Part shown: positions 12,605-24,419 of the stretch, piece by piece
How positions within the stretch are numbered: the first letter of the stretch is position 1
Layout of the letters: the number at the start of each line of letters is the position of its first letter
Source: Eledone cirrhosa
Taxonomy: Eukaryota
Reading direction: 5' to 3'
Assembly: GCA_964016885.1 (NCBI GenBank)
Contig: OZ024740.1
Location: forward strand, 319,548,001 to 319,612,000
Length of the DNA stretch: 64,000 bases
Made by a program: the position numbers and the translations under genes
Notes under the pieces: generated by a model
Told to the model about the DNA's origin: nothing
Seen by the model: only the letters and a program-made list of their open reading frames with translations
The model's database searches: none

Positions 12605-13138
12605 GCATGTGTGTGTGTGTGGGCATATGTGTATGTATGACATGCGCATGTGCATGAATATGTGTGAGTGTCTGTGAAGAGAGACAGACAGACAGATAGA
12701 CAAAGTGAGTAACGAACAAAAATGCCTTTCAGCATATAATATTTGAAGTGTTACGTTCTGGGCTCCACTTAACCTTTACAATAAATAAAACACTGCAGTT
12801 GATTAAATCGACTCAGACTTTCCATTGCGGAAATTGGCCTTGTGCCTAATCAGAAGAAATCGATTTAGATGTGAAAGCAGAGACAGTAAAGATGCCGAAG
12901 GAACGGAAACTAAATCTTTACAGTATTTAACTTGCTCCTTGTTAGTTCTGAAGAACTTCAAAGTAAAAATGTTGAGCCGAAGGAAACAAATGCTTACCTA
13001 GGTCAGCAATCATTTGATTCTATACAGTTCAAAGAGCATGCCTGAAACGGTAAATTTGTCTGTCTTTACGTCACATGATACTATTTGATTCTGGAGAATT
13101 TTTGCAATTCAACACAACAGATCTAATATATCGACGTC

Positions 13139-13685
<547 letters not shown>

Positions 13686-15606
13686 ATCCCGTGTCCCACA
13701 TGCCATATACATACATCATACATAACACTCATTTCAAGTATTTTTCCTCTATTCAATGTTGATTACACATAATCAGCGTAAATTCCCTCATTTTTCACTA
13801 AATATTCCTCTTCTCATTCGTCTAAAAAATGAATATATCAAACTTATGAAACCAGAGAGTTGTAGGTGGCTCAATGGATAGAATACCAGAAAACCAACCA
13901 ACCAACCAACCAGCAGTATTTCACTGACTTATTTTGTCACAGAATCTTTATAAGGATTTGTCCGTAAAATATAGGCATGGAATCAATACCTATATTTTAT
14001 GGACAATACTCACCACCAGGGTATCCAAGAGAAATTTTGCAAGGTGGTACGAGACTCCTTTGGGACCCGAAGCAGGCAAAGAGTTTTCTCAAAATGGATG
14101 TTGCATGTTTGCTGTGGGGCCTTCTTAGCTCTTGGGCCCGGAACAAAGAATCAGCTGGACCCTCTCATAAGCTCTGCTCACCACCTTAATTTTAATAAAA
14201 CATTAAATAAAACAATAATTGTTTTAGAAAAAATAATTTCAATTAAATTTTTATTAAAAGACACCTAATTTTGTGAAACCCGTAGCTTGCTCGAAACCCA
14301 TTTTTGGAAACATTAGGCTAAGACAACTTGTAACTGTTAAAATGTGTACAATAATTTTAAACTCTAAACACAAACCCATGAGGTTGGCTTGTCTTGCTTG
14401 GGAATCCAGTTGGATCAGTTGGAGATAGTTGCTTCTGATAGGACCTGTTGGGAGGAGTGTTTGGGGACTTTGCCACCACGACCCTCTCAAGAATAAATGG
14501 GCAAAGAAGAAGAAACACAAACCTTCAGATAATTATTTATCGTTTGATTTCCATCAGGTGCCGCTAAAAGCTAATAAAAGTAATTAAGATTGAACATGGA
14601 ATACAAGAGGAGAGAAAAAAACACGTATACACATATACATATAATGTTTAAACATGATTAACTCCAATCCTCTGCTAAATTAATAAAAGTTATATAATGA
14701 GATAAAAATATGTCACAAATGGCTAGCTTAGACCATTGTGAAATGGTGGTGGAATATGGCAGGGTGACCAGGGTGGTGGTATTATTTTTATCTCGTTTGT
14801 TTTTGTCTGTTTTTGTTTTTGTTTTTGTTTTCTTTTTTTAATTGTTTTGTTATTGTTTAATGTATTTTTGTTTTGTTTTGTTTCTGATAGGTTTGGGGAA
14901 GGAAGCGGTGAAGGGGGAGAAAGAGGACATTTAGAGCGGGAGACTGCAGAGAACAGAGGAGAGGGGGGGGATTGCAGAGAACAGGGGAGAGGGGGGGATT
15001 TTGAGGGATGGGGATATGCAGAAAGACGGAGTGGGATGGGAAGTGTTGAGAGATAAAGAGGCGAGTAGAGAGAATTAAAATGTAATAGTTCAGAGAGAGA
15101 GAATGGAGGAGCAGAAAAGAGAGAGAGAGAGGGGGAGGTCAAGAGAGAGGGAGAGAGAGAGAGAGAACATAAGGGAGAGAGAGAGAGAGAGGGAGAGAGA
15201 GCAGAAGAGTGAGAGAGAGCAGAAGAGTGAGAGAGAGAGAGAAAGAGCGAGAGAGCGAGCGAGAGAACGAGAGAGGGAGAGAGAGAAAGAAAGGAAGAAA
15301 GCGAGAGAAAGAAAGAGAGACGCAAAACATAATGAGTGGCAAAACGAAGGAGATTGCACGAGAAAAAAGGCCAAGACAGATGGAAAAGCGCAGCTGTTTA
15401 ATTGTGTTGGTTGTTTTAGTGTGTAACTAGTTGACATGTTAGGGAGCTGGCAAAATGGATGGAAATGATTATTGCTGTTCTTTAGCTCTAGCTGGGCCTG
15501 ATGTAGCAGCCCCTTGATCAAAGGCATTCCAGGCGTGACTGACTATTCTGTTGTTTTCCTAAGCACACTGCTACTAGGCTCCCATTATTCAATGTATCCT
15601 TTTTAA

Positions 15607-16085
15607 AGCGGTGGATTGGCAGTATCGGTAGAGGGTCGGACGCCATGCTTTCCAGCATAGTTACGTCCCTTTACGATCTGAGTTCAAATCCCGCCGAGGT
15701 TGACTTTGCCTTTCATCCTTACGGGGTCGATAAAATAAAGTACCAGTAATGCACTGGGTATTTGCTGGCCTTGTGCCTAAAGTAGAAACAATTATTCAAT
15801 GTATCCTTTTTAAAGACAGTAGGCGGGGGGGGGGGGAGTGAAGAACACTTTCCTATTATTTCTACAGCTAATGTGGTAGTTTGGCAGAATCGTTAGGGTG
15901 TCTGACAAAATGTTTTGCACTGTTTGTTGCGGGCCTTTAGATACTGTGTTCAAATCTCAGTGAGGTCAATTTTGCCTTTCATCCTTCTGGGGTTGATAGA
16001 ATAAAGAACCAGTGAAGTACCGAATCCGACTTAATCGACTTTCTTCTTTTCCCCAAATTGCTGAACTTGTGTCAAAATTAGGAAC
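15607..16085 (+). mobile_element. Two SINE family A copies (15607-15792, 15873-16085)
   Basis: Consensus match; first copy flanked by the direct repeat attattcaatgtatcctttttaaag. Confidence 0.9.
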
Positions 16086-16189
16086 TGTTGCTTCTACAGC
16101 ATGTCTGCATGCATGCCATTGTGCGCTGCAAGCAGCACATTGAGCCGGAGATATCCCGGTGTCATAGCGTGAAGCGACTGAAAGTACAA

Positions 16190-16342
16190 AACTCCGGTAC
16201 TCATTTTAAGCTGAGAATACTGGAGCAACGTGAAATGAAGTATTTTTGCTCAAGAACACAACACACAGCCCGCGCCAGGAATCGAACCTACGACATTACA
16301 ATCGTAAGTCCAACACCCTTACCACTGGGTCACGTGGCTTCA
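16190..16342 (-). mobile_element. SINE family B
   Basis: Reverse complement of the 5' half of the 8015 copy. Confidence 0.8.
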
Positions 16343-16982
16343 CGTAGCAGATTTAGTGACCGTGGCTCATCTACCCGGATTGCTACCTTAATTTAATTTT
16401 TTTTTTAAACTTGCACAAAATATCCTAAATTTATTGATTGTGTTCGAAAGTAACACTATCTTCTTCTATATAGAAGTTATAAGATTTATGGGAACTACTT
16501 TTATTTTAAAACTATTTCTAACAAACACTACAGGCTGGCTTTGTCCATAACATCTGCCTAGCGATTCTTTCCTTACACATTCTAATCATGACTGATATAG
16601 AGCATTGATTCACTGGAAAACTTATTTTCAAAGTACAATACTTGCAGTTAAGTAAATCTGTTACATAAATCGAGGCAATCCACTACTAATTGCAACAAGG
16701 TTTATTCTTTCTCCAATGGTGGCAGAATGATCTACTGCATCACATCGTCTCTTTAAATCCAAGTAGTGCTGAAATCTGAGAATACTGAAAGAGGCAAATT
16801 TCCTGCATTCCAAGCTCTAGTGTTTAACAAATACATTATCTTGCAACAGACACATGCATACATACATACATACATACATACATACATACATACATACATA
16901 CATACATACACACACACATACATACATACATACATACATACATACATACATACACACATACACACATACATACATACATACA

Positions 16983-17016
<34 letters not shown>

Positions 17017-17034
17017 CATACATATATACAACAT

Positions 17035-17360
17035 ACATGATGGCTGCAACTCGATTTCGAGTAATGCTATCGCTTGATACTTAAGCATGAGCATCACAGA
17101 CGTGACTTTTTAGTCCTGCGAAGGACTTGCTTATGGCCAGCAATACCATGCATCGCAAAAAATGCCACATATCAAGCGATGCCTTTGCTTGAAGCTTTTT
17201 TAAGTGAGGAAAGGCTTTGTCAGGGCCAATCCCATTCTCTGAACATCGAATGCATTTGCCAATAAGAACTGGCTTACATCATTGGGTGCAAACGAAGTTG
17301 TAGGTTTGACATCAAAGTGACCTTCTCCTAGAGAGATGTCTTAATGACGACTAAGGGTCT
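17035..17360 (-). mobile_element. Non-autonomous RTE-derived element (paralog at 35168-35520)
   Basis: ~200 bp shared with 35168-35372 plus a shared ctaggagaagg motif; AGLKSH zinc-finger-like remnant; ends in a microsatellite tail. Confidence 0.5.
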
Positions 17361-17485
17361 CCACCCCCACCCCCACCCCCCTAAAATTACATTATAGGAT
17401 GGCTATTGTATCTCTTGAGTTCCTCCGCCCTTTGCCGCGTTTTGTTTTTCATCCTGGAGAGTTTCCAAAAACAACCTTCCCCACC

Positions 17486-17521
<36 letters not shown>

Positions 17522-17547
17522 ACACACACACACATTTAGTAACAACA

Positions 17548-17768
17548 GGTGATGGCATGGCCGACTTATTAGACTGTTGTATAAAATGCTATTGCGTTAT
17601 TTGTTCTGACTTTTTACTTACTAAGTTCAAATCCCATCGAGGTCAACTTTGCACTACATCCTTCCGAAGTCGATAAAATAAAGTACCAGTCAAGTACTGG
17701 GGTTGATTTAATCTAATTTTTCCTTCCACCAACTTTACTGAACTTGTGTCCTAATTAGTAATCAATAT
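17548..17768 (+). mobile_element. SINE family A
   Basis: Diverged consensus match. Confidence 0.75.
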
Positions 17769-18009
17769 TATTTCGTAACAACGTATTCGGTGAATTATTC
17801 TAATTATTCATGTATTACACATAAAAGACAATACATATATAGATATATAGTTCAGAGAATTATATTGTTCTTCCTATGCACACTCTTGATATGAGTCATT
17901 GACTATTATAACTTTCCCAACATCATCTGATGTTAATGACTTATCATAAACATAACACTGTCTGTATGATAAATTCCCCAGCATCTTGTAGTGTCAATGA
18001 CTTATTACA

Positions 18010-18228
18010 TCATAACACTGTATGTATAACATCTTCATCAAAATCTAGTGGTTTTAATGACTTATCATAAACCTCATAGCACAGTTTATATGCAACAGAA
18101 CATTCCATATTAAATTTTCTGCAGGAGCAACCTCTGGTAGAACAATCAATTTTGCAAATTTTGCATCTCACCATCTCAAGAAACGCTGTACTGAAGTTCA
18201 CAATTACAGGCTCTATGTTAAACAGCAT
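18010..18228 (-). pseudogene. Relic Cys-rich CXC-like domain (probably C-terminus of a DNA-transposon protein)
   Basis: EMVRCKICKIDCSTRGCSCRKFNMECSVAYKLC; adjacent ~60-bp tandem repeats at 17900-18070. Confidence 0.45.
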
Positions 18229-18349
18229 GCTAAACTACATGTTAAACAGCATGTTAAACCACATGCCTCTAAGAGCGTGGATTTGAAGTCTTATATCCTG
18301 ACATAATTGAGGATTAAAATTTTCATTGAAAAAATGTTCATGATAAATA

Positions 18350-18580
18350 TGTGACCTAGTGGTAAGGATGTTGGACTTACGATCGCAATGTCGGCGGTTC
18401 GATTCCTGGGCTAGGTTGCGTGTTATGGGCTTGAGCAAAACACTTCATTTCACGTTGCTCCAGTATACTCCAGTGTACGATGGACTGGTGTAATGTCGAG
18501 GGGTTGTCTTGTGCTCTCAGTAGCTTCTTACCACGAAACCGGAATAGGTACCGGCCTAACGAGCCTTTTGGTTTGAGACA
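18350..18580 (+). mobile_element. SINE family B
   Basis: cctagtggtaagg...ggttcgattcctggg...ttgagcaaaacacttcatttcacgttgctccag. Confidence 0.85.
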
Positions 18581-19059
18581 GATTTTGGGTTGGGCAGGGC
18601 TAGACTATACTTAAACATTATAAATATCCTGTTTCAAAAATTTGTCGTGAAATTGTTTGGCAACCTACTCAGTTCATGGTGCCGCAATATCTTGGAATTT
18701 TAGGATGGTTTTTGCATTCTAGATTAATGAGTGCCGTTCACCGACCGAGAAAATAGTGAAATTCCGAGTAGCAACATATTATTAAGAGAATAAATATAAT
18801 TATGATCTATATCATTTATTGAAAATTGTCTTTCCTGTCTGCTACAGACGTGCACACACAGTGTGTGTATGTCTCTCTCTGTCTGTCTGTGTATATGTGT
18901 GTTTGTGTGTTATGTATGTTTGTATATCACCAGCATGTAGTATCTGGCCCACATAGTTTTGTTGTTAGCAGTTCTTTGTTCCACTGTAGAAATATTAATA
19001 CAAATACGCTAATCGTATATTGTGTAACATTGAAACGAACATGTGGAGCGACACCAATG

Positions 19060-19121
<62 letters not shown>

Positions 19122-19130
19122 CACTGACAC

Positions 19131-19224
<94 letters not shown>

Positions 19225-19466
19225 TTATATATAAATATATATGTCAGATAGGGTGTGGAAAAACCAGCTAGACCATAATCTACCAGAGTACTCGAGACTT
19301 GGGGTAGTAGAGTGGGTAATATGAAAAGATTCAGGTCCCCGACGGCTGAGTTCGGATCTAGCTGTCGAAACGGCCGGAGCTCACCCGTAGGGATCCTGAA
19401 TCTTTTCATGTTACCCACTCTATAAAGGAACAAAGAATCAGAGTTGCATCATATACATGTTAACAC

Positions 19467-19553
19467 ATATCTGAGGAGTTTCCGATACCAGAGTCAGTTC
19501 GATAATCAATCGATCGTTCCTCAAGCTGATCGACAGTGAAACATATGTAATAT
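19467..19553 (+). ncRNA. Hammerhead ribozyme with long, irregular stem II
   Basis: atat-CTGAGGA-...-GAAA-CATATG-TA-atat; palindromic ACATATGT stem III; enclosed by a ~35-bp inverted repeat. Confidence 0.6.
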
Positions 19554-19735
19554 TCAATTAAATATATATATGATGCAACATTGATTCTTTGTTCCCTTAT
19601 ATATTATTATTATATATACTGTGCTACCCACGAGCATCGAGTGCTCATATCGGCATACAGCGTACGGACGCAATATATATATAAATACATATATATATAT
19701 ATCCAACCCGCCTGTCCCCCTAAATCTATCTTCTT

Positions 19736-19771
19736 TCTTTTGATGAAGGACTAACGTCCGAAATGTTGAAA
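19736..19771 (+). ncRNA. Hammerhead variant in a paralog of the 2330-2493 element
   Basis: tTGATGA-a-GGAC taac GTCC-GAAA-tgtt. Confidence 0.55.
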
Positions 19772-19845
19772 CCCTCTTCCTGCTATATCAAGCGTTAATC
19801 TAATATATCCCTTCCATATACTGTACCGATTGTGCTGTTATTTCA

Positions 19846-20210
<365 letters not shown>

Positions 20211-20342
20211 AGGTGTATTATTGGTTGTGCAAAACGGTCAAATAAATTTTTAGGTCCAATAAATTAAGTTCTCCACGCTTTAGTATATCTCCAATTCCAT
20301 TCAGGGGAACAGCTATATGATGTAAAATGGAGTATTAGTATC

Positions 20343-20607
20343 AAAATGAAAATCCGAAGGCAAGGTAAAATTTCCAATCATTTTAATCACGACACATGTT
20401 TCAATAAAGGATAGATCGATTGTGAAGCCATGATCAATTATCATTGCTAATTTTGTCCCTCATATCAAGAATTTGAAGACAATTCATTTTCACCTGATGA
20501 GATCAGTGATAATTGATCATGGCTTCACAATCGATCTATCCCTTATTGAAACATGTCTCGTGATTAAAATGATTGGAAATTTTACCTTGCCTTCGAATTT
20601 TCATTTT
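20343..20607. repeat. ~104-bp inverted repeat containing a hammerhead-like motif (20490-20563, +)
   Basis: Arms 20343-20446 / 20504-20607; tcac-CTGATGA...GAAA-CATG-TC-tcgtga. Confidence 0.85.
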
Positions 20608-20820
20608 TATATATATATATATATATATATAGTTATACTTGGGGAGGGTCATATTGTAATAATATTGCCAGAATTAATAACAGAACACACTCAGTTTGGT
20701 TGGTTTTCGCTTCTGTATCTTTTATATCAGTTAATTTATTCGGTCCTCAATGTTTACCATTGACTGACCAACGGTCAAAAATACAGATATAATATAGACA
20801 CACACACATATATATAGTCT

Positions 20821-20862
20821 AACAAAGTTCTTTCGTTGCCCATCTGCAACATCGTCAGTGGT
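20821..20862 (-). ncRNA. Hammerhead in the 3' pseudo-LTR, stems I/III degenerate
   Basis: acca-CTGACGA-t-GTTGC agatgg GCAAC-GAAA-gaactt-tgtt. Confidence 0.6.
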
Positions 20863-23360
20863 GCTATTATGTTTCCTCCTGTTGTATTGTATGTCTACGC
20901 CATCTTTATTTAATCTGTTTATTTATTTATTTAATTATTTTTGTCTTCTCTGCGCATGCGTTTGCGTGTGTGTATAGTGTTTGGTGTGTGTTCGCGTTTG
21001 GGTGACTGTGTTTCGGTTATTGTATTCTATCTTAGTTTATTAGTGTGTTTATGTGTTTGTTGTTATTGTGCTTGTGTATATATTTATTTATTTATTTATA
21101 CTTCTCTTTTTTGTTTGGGTGTTGTTATTCCATTCATTTTTTCTATTTAGCTTTAGCCTTCTAAGTTCTATTTCACTGGCCTCTCTGGTTTGCCTATCTG
21201 CTGGGTCATTTCTATGTTTAAATATTATTTTAATTTCTATGTTGTCTATGTTACCGTCATGTTGTTGTCTGGCGTGTTCGTATAGTACTGAACCGTTTTT
21301 TCTTCCTTTTAGTTCCCCCCAGTGTTCGTCTATCCTTTCACCTATGCTACGAGCTGTCTCGCTTATGTGTGTTGTTGTCATGTTTCTGCAAGTACCTTCT
21401 GTACATCTTATGCTATAGACTACGTTTCTAGTTTTACAGTTTATTCGGGGTTTTACTTTACATATAATACATTTCCTATTAGTACAGTGGGTTTTCTTAA
21501 AAGGGTATGTTTTGCTGATCAGGGATTTTATGGTGGTTCCTGTCTTTTCTACCACCTTTATCATTAGGTGGGTCTTTCTCAGGGCCTTTCTACACTGGTT
21601 AGCTAATTTCCCTCCAGGGGTAGCGAACATGACACTCTTGTATCTCTGGTTGTCGTACCAAGCTATTCCATGATTTTCTCCTGTATAATGGGCAAATTCC
21701 TTTCATGTCCAGTTCTATGAGGATCTTATACTTCTCCGTGGCTCCTTCGTATACTTTGATTCTGTCTCTTTGGTTGTAGCCAGAAAACTGCATGCGGTTG
21801 ATGAAGTGTTGGATGTGTCTTTCCATTTCTGTTCGGTCGCACATGCGGGACACGTTCTTCATCACTCGTACCAAGTCTGCAATCAGAATATTAAACTTAG
21901 CACTACTGGACATTGCTGAGTTTTTGAGTATCAGATATTTGGAGGCCATGGGTTTAGCGTAGTGTGAGTGGAGAATTTGGGCTCTCTCGTCTATAGTTTT
22001 AATCCAGAGTTCCATGTCTAATACAGGTAGACGATTGTTAGGGCGTTTGGAAGGGTAGTCGATAGTTACAGTTATACTCTGGTGTATGGAATTAGCTATC
22101 GCTGGATGCTTTCCATTGTGCTACATTCTAAATCATACTTGTTAGTACTCTCTTGTGGGGATGTCCTTATTACTATATCAATGTCGTCTACATAACGAGA
22201 GTACATGATGAGGTCTATGGAGCTCTCATCAAGGAGATCTTTGAGTCTCCTTTCCCACCATACAATAAAAAGGTTGGCAACGTCACTAGCTATGCTGACG
22301 CCAAGGGCTGCTCCCTCATTCTGGGTGTAGATTTTTTCGTTGAATTTGAATATGTAGTCCTTTAGGGTAGTTTTAATACTAGCCCCTATTACATGTGCGA
22401 CCATTTTTCTTACCTGATCATTATTTTGGGGGGCCCGTATGGCTTTGGTCCACCCAATCCACCTTCCCATGGGAGTCTTTTTTGCCATTGAGGTTATCGT
22501 GGGGGGGGGTGTCTACCTCTTATGGGTCTACTGGGGCAGAAACGGCTAACGTCATGGCTGTCTAGGTAGTCAGTGTCATAAGTAAGTCTAAGTAGGAGGC
22601 CCAGTTCGTCTGTGTCGACGTCGCAAAACTCCACCGCACTCTCACTGATCATCTCCACACATTTTTCCACATCAAAATCAATGTTAATGGATGGGTATAG
22701 TGATACCACGTCCATACTGCCTATTATGCAGTTGGATAGGTTTTTGTTTTTGTTGCACTCACTGATTCTGCTGAGGAGGTCCTCTGTACTGTCACATACA
22801 TCTGGGGACATCTTGATTATGGGGCGTATAACCATTGAGAGGAAGTAGGAGATCCTGTAGTTGCTAGCGATATTGGCTCCGCATCGCAATCAGGTCTTGT
22901 TGGTGGTCCTGTTGTCGGGTCGTCGACTGTCTTATGGTCTTTGCGGAGCCCATACAAGGGTGGTATGTCATTGTTAGACGCCTGGAAGTTGTTGGCAGTG
23001 CGTCTACTTGGCTTTAGGATGTCGGTCCACATCATCATATGAGCGTTGAGGACCTTCCCTCTCCCTCATGTATTTGCTGTGTAATTTCGCTCGTGTTGGT
23101 GATGTGGGTTGCATAGCTTTGATGTAGTTCGGCATGCTGTCTATTGATATCCTACCAGACTTATCCGTGGGTAGACATACTACCTCACCATCCCTTGTGC
23201 GCTGCTTGAGGCTAACTAAGCCTTCTACAGGTTTCCTTCCAAGTTGTTGGACCTCTGGTCTGCTTTGTCTCTTAGTATATCGATCTACTATTTGTCTAAT
23301 CTTATTTCTAGTTATGGTGAACTGTGCCTCTGTCTCGTCATCTATTTGTTGTGGTACAAC
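20821..23360 (-). mobile_element. Penelope-like element, frameshifted (RT + C-terminal GIY-YIG; tentatively Nematis-like)
   Basis: Motifs in order: TDKSG, LYGLRKDHK..RP, GSMDVVSLYPSI, YTQNEGAALG, RYVDD, LPVLD, HYAKPMAS, Cys linker, NVVYSIRC..C..HISETARSIGERIDEH, RQTREA, LNRKNEW; 3' HHR at 20821-20862. Confidence 0.92.
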
Positions 23361-24168
23361 CAGTAAATATATACAGTAAAAAGGGGCTACACAATGTTAA
23401 GTTTTGCAAACTGTATTTAGACCAATCGGTGTGTAGTTTCACTAGATTACTAAAGCTGATTTGTTTAGGCGTCACAGTTGGTTGAGCATCTCTAACGACT
23501 TCTATTTGACCCTATCCAAAGCATCAATTGTTTTGGTATTTTTAGAAATGATGAAACGGGCATTTTCTAGGGTTTTTATAAAAAAATCTTCAGTAATCAT
23601 CACTATCAACATCACTTTTATTATTATTATTGTTGTTGTTGTTGTTGTTGTTGTTGTTAGTGGTGGTAGTCGACATGGTCGTAAGCGTAGCCATAGTAGG
23701 AGTAATACGCCAAAACATTATTATTGTTCATTTAGCTTGGGTTGGAATTTATCAATAAAATTCTTTAGGATTGTAAATAAAACGAGTAAATCAGACAAAG
23801 TTGGAATTCCTTTTATTAATATAATCTTCTATACACAATCATACACACCCGTGTATATATATATATATATATATATTAATTAGGTATAAACCGGAGCTTT
23901 AGCTGTCGCACAACAAGTACTATTCCATTTGTTTGAGGCAATCACAAAGCACTCAATGGAGCGAAAGTAAAAGAAAGAAAACATTAGGTCCCGTGTAAAC
24001 ACAACAGATATAAAGTGTGACACCAAGAAAACTAACTGAAAGCACTGGCCACTGGCCATACATATATCACAATGACGATAGATACAGAAAGATTTAAACT
24101 AACCTGGACCATCTCTAATTGATTAAAATCGATATAATCGTTAACAATCTCAGATAGGTTTCTGGGTC

Positions 24169-24206
<38 letters not shown>

Positions 24207-24360
24207 TTAGATTATGGGGTTAACCGAAGAGGGTTGTGCGGACCACATTGTTAAAGAAACAACACCACCCGTCCGGCCGGTCACCAGTTTCAAGAAAAGA
24301 AAACCTTTTTAAAGGAAGTTATTGGATTTTTCCAGACTTTTCATTGTTTTTAAAGGTTTT

Positions 24361-24419
24361 ACCGTCTGAAGAGTTCAGGCTATCATAACTGATAGTCCTT
24401 AACGAAATATGTATAACGG
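24361..24419 (+). ncRNA. Type-I hammerhead ribozyme
   Basis: ccgt-CTGAAGA-GTTcAGG.CTATCA taac TGATAG.tCCTtAAC-GAAA-TATGTA-TA-acgg: stem I ccgt/acgg, long stem II, near-palindromic stem III. Confidence 0.85.
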
